A program made the translations under genes and the position numbers. A model generated the notes under the pieces. That model made no database searches and was not told the DNA's origin. It saw nothing but the letters and a program-made list of their open reading frames with translations. This document shows, piece after piece, positions 19,161 to 27,895 of a stretch of 32,000 bases of DNA (within the stretch, counting starts at the first letter, position 1; every line of letters starts with the position of its first letter). Source of the stretch: Candidatus Thorarchaeota archaeon (GTDB lineage Archaea > Asgardarchaeota > Heimdallarchaeia > Hodarchaeales > Hodarchaeaceae); NCBI GenBank assembly GCA_048882505.1, contig JBHLRO010000006.1, positions 30,001 through 62,000 on the forward strand, given 5' to 3'.

Positions 19161-20048
19161 ATGAGCAGGATGACCACTCCAAGTGGAATTTATAGCGTGA
19201 TGATATACAGCCTAGAATCACGTCGCATTCTCATTCATCGAATATATTCTCGGGATGAATCTGTGGTTAATAATCTAGACACGCTTTATTCAACCATTGT
19301 GTCCTTTAAAGGTGAAAACGAGGGGAAAGAAGATGTGTCAACGTTTCCAATGAAAACTAGAAAAATCTTAATTACTTCCGCTGAAAACTTAATCTTCATG
19401 ATTGTGGTTGCACCCCATTATGGAACTATCGAAGCGGAAAAAATCCTATCTCATATCAGGGCATCATTTTTCCGTAAATATCCTCTTGGTGATTGCAACT
19501 GGCATTTTGATGAACACATGAACTATCTCGTGGGATTTAAAGCCGTCATAGATGAGATAGTGGAACACTTCGGCGACCCAAAGACCATAGTAAAAATCGT
19601 GCTGATGGGAATAGACTACGCGGGCAAAACGACGTTAACACATGCTTACGCGGGGAGTAATTATCGAGATTATCTCCCTACAATGGGACTGGACATTCTA
19701 AGAATAGAATACAAGAATAAACACATTCGTTTATGGGATCTTGGCGGGCAAATGCTGTTTAGAAGCTTATGGCCTAAGTTTGCGAATGAAGCATCTGGAA
19801 TAATTTTTGTCGTTGATTCAGCCACAACCCGGTGGAGCGAAACCAAAGAAGTATTTGAAATCTCTCTGCTGTTTAAATTACCCTATATCATATTTGCTAA
19901 CAAACAGGATATAGTAAAACGAGCACAAAGCATTAACTTCATTGCGGAGAGGTTACAAGTTCCTGAAGAAAAAATAGTAAAAGGGAGTGCTTTATTGAAC
20001 AAAGGGATCTATGAAGTCTTAGATGGGTTACTGGATGAAATTGGTTGA
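19161..20048 (+). CDS. Longin-domain / Arf-like small GTPase fusion
   Basis: C-terminal GIDYAGKTT, PTMG, WDLGGQ, FRSLW, GIIFVVDS and FANKQD are Arf-type. The N-terminal ~135 aa have the longin pattern: beta hairpin, helix, three strands, then EAEKILSHIRASFFRKY. Confidence 0.8.
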   Translation: MSRMTTPSGIYSVMIYSLESRRILIHRIYSRDESVVNNLDTLYSTIVSFKGENEGKEDVSTFPMKTRKILITSAENLIFMIVVAPHYGTIEAEKILSHIRASFFRKYPLGDCNWHFDEHMNYLVGFKAVIDEIVEHFGDPKTIVKIVLMGIDYAGKTTLTHAYAGSNYRDYLPTMGLDILRIEYKNKHIRLWDLGGQMLFRSLWPKFANEASGIIFVVDSATTRWSETKEVFEISLLFKLPYIIFANKQDIVKRAQSINFIAERLQVPEEKIVKGSALLNKGIYEVLDGLLDEIG

Positions 20049-20111
20049 GCACTTAATTGTCTAAATCAAAGAGGAAGTGAATGTTTTTAGCCATTAAAGG
20101 AAGGTCTAAGA

Positions 20112-21845
20112 ATGATGGAAACATCAGAAGTGGCTACGATTGAGAAATTGCAGGAAAAGCTCAAATTCCGTCGAAAAGTTGAAAGGGCGATTGGGGATAT
20201 TTCGACTTATCTTGTTTTTTCAAGTAGTTTCAACCTGTCCATCGAATATTTCCTCTCCGAAATCGCAGAACTATACCATTTCTATTTTGTAGATGGGGCA
20301 GCTGTTTGTTTATTTGATGAACCTTCTAATGACCAAATTTCGGTACTTGGATGGAATTCAGAAAAAAATATAGATAATCGTGTAAATCTTAAGGAATTTC
20401 CGATTGGAAATTTCATCTGGTTCCAAAACCAGATCAAAGCAGGGCGCGAACTTGTTCTCACTGAAACTTATGAATTCTCGAATGAGGCCCAACCAGAAAA
20501 AGCCTTTTTTAGTGAACATACTATCAAATCCCTCATCGCAATCCCTATCTTCACTCCTGAATATATTGCGGGTACATTTGTGCTGGTTAGCCTATCCAAC
20601 CAGGTGTGGCAGGAGGAAGATCTTCGTACCCTTAGATTGTTCGCTGAACTTTTGGGTACAGCAATCTTTCGAAAAAAAACGGAGGAGACGCTTTCAAAGG
20701 CGAGAGACTATTTAAAGGCTCAAATTGACCGAAAAACTGAGGATTTAAGCACTGAAAAGCAAAGAATCGAATTGATCCTGAATACAATAAAGGATGGAGT
20801 CATCGTACTTGATCAAGATGGGAAGGTGACCATGGCTAATGAAACCTCAAAGCGATTTTTTAATCTGATTATGGATTTGCCGCTGATTATAGGCGTTAAC
20901 CTAGTTTTAAGCACTGGAAATACGTTTTTTAGAACCATAAGAGGTCTCTTTTTGTCGTTTTTTAAAAACGAAGTGACAATTGAACCTAAAAAGGGACTCC
21001 ATCTTCAAATTGCCTCGGCTCGGGGAAAATATCCTGCCCTTCATACCTCCGGCATGATAATTGAGCTTCGAGACGTTACAGCGTTTATAGAGTTTGACAA
21101 TATGCGAAAGCGATTCGTTTCTACCGTGAGTCATGAACTTCGAACCCCGATTACGGTTATTAATCAGTCCATCAATAATTATGAGAAATATGGAAATAAA
21201 CTGCCAGAAAAGACCAAAACGAAATTATTCTCTGCAATCGCACGGAATTCCCGACTGCTTTATGAACTGGTGGAGGACCTACTTTTGATTTCTAAAATAG
21301 ATGAACGAAGGATCGATGAGAGAGGATTTGAGCTCCATTGGCAGGACTACGATATAAAACAGATTATAGATGAAGTCACAACGCAATTAGAGCCCAGGGC
21401 CAAGGCCAAGGATATTAATATCCTTAAATCGGGTTTTGTGAAAGCGCCTATGTTTGGGGACCCGAATCGTGTTGCTCAGATATTTCGTGCATTAATTGAT
21501 AATGCCATCAAATATTCTGGCAGTTCAAGTATAATTAGGATTACAGGAAAGGATGATTATACGGGAAAATACAATACGCAGGGAATAAATGGAATTCTTG
21601 TTAAAGTTATCGATTCGGGGATTGGAATAGACGGGGAGGATCTACCAAAAGTATTTAATAGATTTTTTCGGGCCAAAAGTGTAAGTCACATATCGGGAAC
21701 AGGATTAGGGTTAGGTATTGCTCGTGATCTTGTGAAGATGCATAAAGGGGAATTGTTTGTTGAAAGTGCCTTAGGAAAGGGAACTATTACGCTTGTGTTT
21801 TTGCCTAGAATCACCGAGGCCGAGTTAAGACCTGAAGAGAGCTAA
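20112..21845 (+). CDS. Cytoplasmic sensor histidine kinase: GAF + PAS + HisKA + HATPase
   Basis: IKSLIAIPI...GTFVL (GAF); KDGVIVLDQDGKVTMAN (PAS); SHELRTP H-box; N box DNAIKY; G1 DSGIGI; F box FNRFF; G2 GTGLGL. No TM segment. Confidence 0.93.
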   Translation: MMETSEVATIEKLQEKLKFRRKVERAIGDISTYLVFSSSFNLSIEYFLSEIAELYHFYFVDGAAVCLFDEPSNDQISVLGWNSEKNIDNRVNLKEFPIGNFIWFQNQIKAGRELVLTETYEFSNEAQPEKAFFSEHTIKSLIAIPIFTPEYIAGTFVLVSLSNQVWQEEDLRTLRLFAELLGTAIFRKKTEETLSKARDYLKAQIDRKTEDLSTEKQRIELILNTIKDGVIVLDQDGKVTMANETSKRFFNLIMDLPLIIGVNLVLSTGNTFFRTIRGLFLSFFKNEVTIEPKKGLHLQIASARGKYPALHTSGMIIELRDVTAFIEFDNMRKRFVSTVSHELRTPITVINQSINNYEKYGNKLPEKTKTKLFSAIARNSRLLYELVEDLLLISKIDERRIDERGFELHWQDYDIKQIIDEVTTQLEPRAKAKDINILKSGFVKAPMFGDPNRVAQIFRALIDNAIKYSGSSSIIRITGKDDYTGKYNTQGINGILVKVIDSGIGIDGEDLPKVFNRFFRAKSVSHISGTGLGLGIARDLVKMHKGELFVESALGKGTITLVFLPRITEAELRPEES

Positions 21846-21918
21846 AAGATTTGAGTTTTGATAGCTTTTTAAGAACGGAAAGGAGAAGTCAAGTGAGTAG
21901 AGTACGGAGGCCCGAAGG

Positions 21919-22299
21919 ATTTCAGACTTAATTATGGTCGTAGAAGACAATCCTGATGTTTTGTTTAATCTAGTGGTAACGCTTGAAGCTAATGGATATG
22001 AAGCAGAAGTTGCCACAAATGGTAAGGAAGCCACAAGAGTTCTGTTGAAAAAAGATCCCGAATCACTACCAAGTCTAATAATCAGTGATATTATGATGCC
22101 GGAAATGGACGGGTACGAATTCTACCAATTTTTACAGGGGGATCAAGCATACAAGCATATACCCCTAATCTTTCTCTCCGCCCTCGCGACACCAGATGAT
22201 ATTCGCTTTGCGGAAATATTGGGTGCCAAAGATTACATAACAAAACCATATAATGAAGAAAAGTTGCTTACCTTGATTAGAGAGAAACTGGACGGGTAA
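21919..22299 (+). CDS. Single-domain response regulator (receiver)
   Basis: VVEDN, SDIMMPEMDG, FLSA and KPY motifs. The first ATG is at 21934; an in-frame ATT at 21919 behind GGAGG is my proposed start. Confidence 0.9.
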   Translation: MSDLIMVVEDNPDVLFNLVVTLEANGYEAEVATNGKEATRVLLKKDPESLPSLIISDIMMPEMDGYEFYQFLQGDQAYKHIPLIFLSALATPDDIRFAEILGAKDYITKPYNEEKLLTLIREKLDG

Positions 22300-22306
22300 G
22301 TGATCC

Positions 22307-23719
22307 TCAAAATTCATAGAGGCCCCAACTGGCCGAGACTGTTCTCGGTTGTTGATCCACATGGATTCGTATGATTCTAGAGAACCCGAAAACGTTTCCT
22401 AGACCTGTTAATAACCCTTCGATAACCCCTATAATTAGAAGTGAGCTTCCTTCTCGTGGTATCTCGATGTCTACCTGCATTCCACCAGCAATATTACTTA
22501 TTTCCACCCCAATTAGCTGATGAACTGGTTTATCCAGCATTTTACCTATATTTCCAGATAACCAATCCCTGAAGATATTGTTTGCCAGACTTTCGCCATA
22601 AGGAACGGAGAGCGCCTTAATTTTTTTCCAAAACTCTTTCGAGTCCGATTCAGGAGCTAGCTCTCCAGATAGGGTTTTCCATACGTGGTTCTGAGTCTCA
22701 AAGAATATCGAACTTCTTAAAACATTGATCAATAGATCTTGGGGAATCATTCGGGCTAGAATTCGCATGAAGGCCAAGTAAAGAGAATCATCCAAGATGG
22801 AAGAAAGGAATACAGAATAACGGGGCCAGATAAACAGACCTTTAAAAGCCTTTAAGAAGTCTAAGAGATTGGGTTGGAGCTCGCTCACCTTGTTAGGATC
22901 ATACTTATGAGCTAATAATCCGATGAAGGGCGATTCCTTCATTGCTTTGAGAACATTCATAATATCGGTTAGGTAAATGTACGCCTCTTCGAATTCGGCT
23001 GGGTTTTGGATATCAACCATGAAAATTAATGCTGTTAGGTTTTTCCACTTAAATTCGTCATAAACATGTTTTTTTACGTATTCCGTCTGTCCGCCTAAAT
23101 CAAAAATGGTTAATTCAGTTTTTAAAACGTCTATGAACGAATTAAAAATAGAATAATCGACAGTTGGTCTGATCCTATCCAACTGTTCTTTGTTCCAGGA
23201 ATCAAAAAATCCACGAATGGCTGTGGTCTTTCCTGCTTTTCTTAATCCTGCAACAACTATTTTAGGAAGTTTCCTCCTGGGTTTCTGAGAGGGAGGTGCG
23301 GGCAATTTGAATTCATGCGTAAACCATTCATCGAAAAACGAGTCAACTTTCTCTGTAACCTCAGGTGTAATGAAATCCAACTCTTGGTCTTTGAATCGCT
23401 CTTCAATACTATTCCCCAGATTTTCAATTATCGGATAGAGATCGTCCGAACTAGTACCTAGTGGAGTCATGACTGAGACCAGTACAGAAGCGAACCTTTT
23501 TACATGTAGTTGGGAATTTGAAAAAACAAGCTCCTGAATGTCATCTTTCACGATTTCCTTAGAGAACTGAATTAATGCCGAAAGAAATCCCGATATTAGC
23601 TGACTGTCATGGTCCAGAAAGAACGAGGGTTCAAAGTTTTTTTGATAAAGCTCTATCCCTGTGTCAATGTTTATGACTGAAATCCGTTTAATGGAAGATT
23701 GAGAAGGATCTGACGTCGT
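22307..23719 (-). CDS. Longin + Rag/Gtr-like small GTPase + V4R/Bet3-like three-domain protein
   Basis: The frame stays open upstream of GTG 23551 to a stop at 23774-23776 and encodes IKRISVINIDTG...DSQLISGFLSALIQFSKEI (longin). GTPase motifs: GLRKAGKTT, RPTVD, DLGGQ, HKYD, SSILDDSLYLAF...IP (Rag-type). The start codon is uncertain. Confidence 0.75.
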   Translation of the reverse strand, partial: TTSDPSQSSIKRISVINIDTGIELYQKNFEPSFFLDHDSQLISGFLSALIQFSKEIVKDDIQELVFSNSQLHVKRFASVLVSVMTPLGTSSDDLYPIIENLGNSIEERFKDQELDFITPEVTEKVDSFFDEWFTHEFKLPAPPSQKPRRKLPKIVVAGLRKAGKTTAIRGFFDSWNKEQLDRIRPTVDYSIFNSFIDVLKTELTIFDLGGQTEYVKKHVYDEFKWKNLTALIFMVDIQNPAEFEEAYIYLTDIMNVLKAMKESPFIGLLAHKYDPNKVSELQPNLLDFLKAFKGLFIWPRYSVFLSSILDDSLYLAFMRILARMIPQDLLINVLRSSIFFETQNHVWKTLSGELAPESDSKEFWKKIKALSVPYGESLANNIFRDWLSGNIGKMLDKPVHQLIGVEISNIAGGMQVDIEIPREGSSLLIIGVIEGLLTGLGNVFGFSRIIRIHVDQQPRTVSASWGLYEF

Positions 23720-24032
23720 TGATTTCGCTCCAGTCTGCGAAGATTGAGGATTACAACTTACGTTATGAATACTTTAGTCGAGAAATATCCCGTACAATGT
23801 ATTTCCGAACTGGAATACTATGATGTTCATGTGACCGATTCTCCTTAAGGGTGAAGGAAATTCGTCTGATGCACTGAAACTTGTCAAACCATATTTATTA
23901 ACTTAGTCATATTTATCGATTTCAGAAATTCTCTAGCAGGTTTTCAAATGTTCACTAAAAGCAAAATGTTTTGAAGAAGTATTGATATGATAAAGAAAGC
24001 ATAAGTGAACGATCCCCATTGGAGTGAAGTAA

Positions 24033-24752
24033 ATGGGAAAAGACAACAACGGTCAGGAATACGAATCGTTTTATGATCTTTGGGAACGTATAAAAAGCGA
24101 AGAATTAACTATTTTACCAGAAGAATCCAAAACCCATATTGAAGAGAATTTATTCCTTGATGAACAAGGAGGGGAGTATTTTATGAAGATTGTATTAGCA
24201 GGGGATGGTGCCGTTGGAAAAACTTCCTTAAGACGAAGTTTTTTAGGCGAGGATTTTTCATTTGACTACCAAACGACAATCGGAGCCGATTTTGCCACCC
24301 ATCGGGAACAAATAGCCAATCGATCCGTGAAATTTGTAATTTGGGATCTGGCAGGCCAACCCCAGTTTCATCAGGTAAGAAAAACGTTCTATTCCGGGGC
24401 ACACGGAGCACTTGTTGTATGTGATTTAACCAATCCCACCTCGTTCGAAAACCTGAAGCACTGGATAAATGAACTATGGCGATACAATGCGGAAGGGCCC
24501 GTGCCCTTTGTCATTGTGGGAAACAAATGCGATCTTAGGGATTTGGGATATGCAAGAATTTCTGATAAAAAGATTCATTCTGTTACAAAAATCATTAATG
24601 AAGAAACCTCACGGAAAAGTGGGTTTGGCGTCAAATCCATTACCACAAGTGCACGAACGGGGGAAGGAGTAATAGAAGCGTTCAAGCAGTTAGCTGTCCA
24701 AATTATTGCACATCGTAACTACATCAGGAGAAAGCGTCAAAAACCCGAGTAA
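24033..24752 (+). CDS. Rab-like small GTPase with acidic N-terminal extension
   Basis: G1 GDGAVGKTS, G2 TTIG, G3 WDLAGQ, G4 NKCD, G5 TSA; RabF-like IGADF, KFVIW, FYSGA and LVVCDLT. Confidence 0.93.
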   Translation: MGKDNNGQEYESFYDLWERIKSEELTILPEESKTHIEENLFLDEQGGEYFMKIVLAGDGAVGKTSLRRSFLGEDFSFDYQTTIGADFATHREQIANRSVKFVIWDLAGQPQFHQVRKTFYSGAHGALVVCDLTNPTSFENLKHWINELWRYNAEGPVPFVIVGNKCDLRDLGYARISDKKIHSVTKIINEETSRKSGFGVKSITTSARTGEGVIEAFKQLAVQIIAHRNYIRRKRQKPE

Positions 24753-24847
24753 CCTGCGCGTAACTAATGGACGAATTTCAGATGGTAATTCTGTTTAAGA
24801 AAAATTGCTGTCCATGGTAGAAAAGACTTCTACGAAACGTTCCGCAG

Positions 24848-25747
24848 CTAGCGTAAATTAGAGGAGGTAGTTGATAGAATTTTGACAAAATTATCCCAGT
24901 TCAGATTCTCAGAGAACTGGTTTCCGTGCTTATAGTCTGTTGCCATCTTTTCAAATTCCTCCTTTATTCTGAGGGACGCGAGATAGTTAATTTTCTGAGC
25001 TAGAAGGACGATCATAAATTGGCGTTTGCCCCCTCTAACTTCTGGATCTTCAATCGTATCAAAGTAAATATAGCCGTCTCGGTCGATGTTTGCGATTCGT
25101 AATAAAACCCCTTGTGGCTCATAATAATCCAGCTGGCCGTAGACTGAGACCGCGGTTTGAAACAGCTGGGTGCCAAGCTGGCGTAAGTCAAACTTAGTGT
25201 TGGAATCTGATGGAAAGATATCTCTTACTTTGGGACCATAAGCTTCATCCCATATCACATTAAAGAGTATAACTTCTCCTCTTTCACTTGGGGTCATTGA
25301 AGAACCGAGCTCATTTCGCAAGGATGTAAGCAGGTTTTTTTCGATTTGTTTACCCAGTTCTTTGTTTTTTATACTCCGCTGGATCTTTCCGGCAATTGAT
25401 GATAACAAATCCTTGTCGTTGAAGGGTTTGGTGATATAATCATCTACTCCAAGTATTTTGCCAAAACGTACATCCTCAGGAGATGCTTTCGCTGTAAGAA
25501 AGATAAAAGGGATAAAACTCCACGCCGGGTTATCAGAAACACGGCTGAAAAATTCGTATCCGTCCATTTCCGGCATCATGATGTCACAGAGGAAGAGGTC
25601 TGGGGGTTCATCGAGTTCAGATAACATGTTGAAGGCTTCGATGCCATTTTTTGCGCCTATCGGCCTGTATCCATTGAATTCCAACAATAATTCCAGGTTG
25701 TAGAGGATTTTAGCATTATCTTCAATGATAAATATTGTAGGTTTCAT
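24848..25747 (-). CDS. Response regulator with C-terminal uDENN/longin-like output domain
   Basis: Complete receiver domain (EDN, D55 in CDIMMP, LTA, KPF). Residues ~157-290 carry VIWDEAYGP and TIEDPEVRGGKRQFMIV, resembling the two folliculin/SMCR8 uDENN signatures. Confidence 0.8.
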   Translation of the reverse strand: MKPTIFIIEDNAKILYNLELLLEFNGYRPIGAKNGIEAFNMLSELDEPPDLFLCDIMMPEMDGYEFFSRVSDNPAWSFIPFIFLTAKASPEDVRFGKILGVDDYITKPFNDKDLLSSIAGKIQRSIKNKELGKQIEKNLLTSLRNELGSSMTPSERGEVILFNVIWDEAYGPKVRDIFPSDSNTKFDLRQLGTQLFQTAVSVYGQLDYYEPQGVLLRIANIDRDGYIYFDTIEDPEVRGGKRQFMIVLLAQKINYLASLRIKEEFEKMATDYKHGNQFSENLNWDNFVKILSTTSSNLR

Positions 25748-25799
25748 TTAATTACCCTGAATTGTCTCTAGATCACAGTTAAGTCGAGTTTTTCTTCCC

Positions 25800-27878
25800 C
25801 TAATTGACCAATACGGGGAGAAAAACTGAAAAAGTTGATCCTTTGCCTAATTCGCTGTCCACGAAGACTTCCCCGTTTTGAATTGCTGCTAATTCCTTTG
25901 CGATCGATAATCCCAGCCCGGTTCCAGGCACATCCTTCACATTGCTTGCTCTGAAAAAGCGATCAAATATATAGGGCATGTCCCTTTCACTTATGCCGAT
26001 TCCAGCATCATTAACTTGAATTAATAGACCATCAAGTTTTTTCGGGTTGTATTTCCCCTGATAATCAGTTATAGCCCCAATCGTAACAGTCGTTCTTTCA
26101 GCAGAGTATTTAATGGCATTATCCATTAGGATGCGTAACATTTGGCCAAGTCTTTTCGAATCTCCCACTATTTCAACTGCAGGAGGTATATTGGTGCTAA
26201 TTGTGATATTCTTTACCAGTCGTGCGGGCTCTAATTGGATTAATACTTCGCTTATAATGTCCCAAAGCGCATATGTGCTTACATCCAGCTTCAATTCACC
26301 GCTCTCTATTCTGGATACGATCAAAAGATCTTCTATCATTTGATTCAGAACAGTAGAACTCTCTGCAACCATATCAACAATACTATCAATCTGTGCCGCT
26401 GATAACTGGTCGCGGTAGTTCTGTAAATTCCTAATTGAGAGGTCAATCGCGGTAATTGGAGTTCTGAGTTCATGAGACACCATTGAGATAAATTGCTCTC
26501 TGAGTCGATCCAGTTCCACCAGAGAAGTCACATCGCGGACTGTGATTACAATGCCAATAGGAGGGTTTGGTGGATTTAATACCATAGAGGAGGTAAGCTG
26601 AAGGAAAAGCCCTGGGTGAGGCTCGATGGTTTTGTATTCCTTCTTTTGAGAAAAAAATGCCTTGGCAATCGCCTCGCCAAATGGATGTCCGATACTGGGG
26701 ATATCGCGGAGGAGTGGAGGTAACTCCTTGTTATAAATCCTCTTGTAGAATTTCTTGAATATTTCATTAACATAATAAACTCGGCCTTCAGTGTTAAAAA
26801 CAACGACCCCATCAGGGATGGTTTCCACAATCCTCTCAATTCGCTGTTTTTCTTCCGTTAAGTTTTGTGTGGCTATTTCGACTTTTCGTGCCAAGGAATC
26901 TTTGGTTCGTTTTAACGCTTCTTCAGCCATCTTCCGCTTGGTGATGTCTTCAAAACTGCCTTCATAGTATAATACCGACCCCTGTTCATCTTTTATTGCT
27001 TTCGCATTCTCCCGGATAAAGACCGTGGAGCCATCCAGTCTCTTAAGCTTCTGTTCAAACCCTCTAATCTCGTCTGCTCTCTCGATCAATTCCCGAAAAT
27101 CTTGTCTCGGATAGTCCATCTTGGTCGATAACTCATTCATATTAATGGCACGCATTTCTTCCAATGAGGAAAACCCCATCATTCGTATGAATTCGGCATT
27201 TGCTGCAAGTAGCTTTCCGCCTGGTGTCATTCGATAAAGTCCGATGGGCATACCTTCAAATAACGTGCGATACCTTTTTTCGCTTTGTTTAAGCGCTTCC
27301 TCCATTGATTGACGCTCAATGAGTTGATCTCGGAGTTTATTAACTAATTGCCTTCTTTCTTTCTCCAGATGCAGCCTCTCAAGGGTATCCCGGATCTTAA
27401 TTAGCACATCCTGGACATCAAAGGGTTTAACTATGTAAGCTGATGCCCCCATGTTTAGGGCACCGATTGCTGATTCCTGTGACGCATATCCCGTTATGAT
27501 CATCATCACAAGATCTGGTTGCAATTCCTTCATCACTTTTAACAAGCGAATGCCATCAAGATCAGGTAATCTAATGTCTAAAAGGGCAATATCGTATATT
27601 CTTTCTTTCAGCTTATCCATAGCATCTTTCCCAGTATATGCGGAATTCGCAATATATCCGGCTTTCTTAAAAATTAGTTTTAGTAAACTACATGTATTAT
27701 CATCATCATCATCTACGATCAGAATTCTCCCTGTGATCTTATTGTAAGTACGTTGAATAGTTCGGGCAGATTCATCTAGAATGGATTTGTCAAGTTCTTT
27801 AAGGTTTTCTGCGTTATTTAGAAGTAATGAGAAATCCTTTGGCGAATTCGTGTTTTGATGTTCCCTGTTATTTTCCAT
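25800..27878 (-). CDS. Hybrid sensor histidine kinase: REC + PAS + PAS + HisKA + HATPase
   Basis: RILIVDDD / LLDIRLPD / KPF receiver; PIGLYR...AAN and PDGVVVFN PAS domains; SHELRTP, DNAIKY, DAGIGI, FDRFF and GTGLGL. No TM segment. Confidence 0.93.
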   Translation of the reverse strand: MENNREHQNTNSPKDFSLLLNNAENLKELDKSILDESARTIQRTYNKITGRILIVDDDDDNTCSLLKLIFKKAGYIANSAYTGKDAMDKLKERIYDIALLDIRLPDLDGIRLLKVMKELQPDLVMMIITGYASQESAIGALNMGASAYIVKPFDVQDVLIKIRDTLERLHLEKERRQLVNKLRDQLIERQSMEEALKQSEKRYRTLFEGMPIGLYRMTPGGKLLAANAEFIRMMGFSSLEEMRAINMNELSTKMDYPRQDFRELIERADEIRGFEQKLKRLDGSTVFIRENAKAIKDEQGSVLYYEGSFEDITKRKMAEEALKRTKDSLARKVEIATQNLTEEKQRIERIVETIPDGVVVFNTEGRVYYVNEIFKKFYKRIYNKELPPLLRDIPSIGHPFGEAIAKAFFSQKKEYKTIEPHPGLFLQLTSSMVLNPPNPPIGIVITVRDVTSLVELDRLREQFISMVSHELRTPITAIDLSIRNLQNYRDQLSAAQIDSIVDMVAESSTVLNQMIEDLLIVSRIESGELKLDVSTYALWDIISEVLIQLEPARLVKNITISTNIPPAVEIVGDSKRLGQMLRILMDNAIKYSAERTTVTIGAITDYQGKYNPKKLDGLLIQVNDAGIGISERDMPYIFDRFFRASNVKDVPGTGLGLSIAKELAAIQNGEVFVDSELGKGSTFSVFLPVLVN

Positions 27879-27895
27879 ATAGTTTCCTTCTTAGG

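Noticed and set aside
27698-27714. DDDDD run in the HK2 receiver domain
   Set aside because: A small extension of the normal acidic pocket motif, not a repeat element of note.
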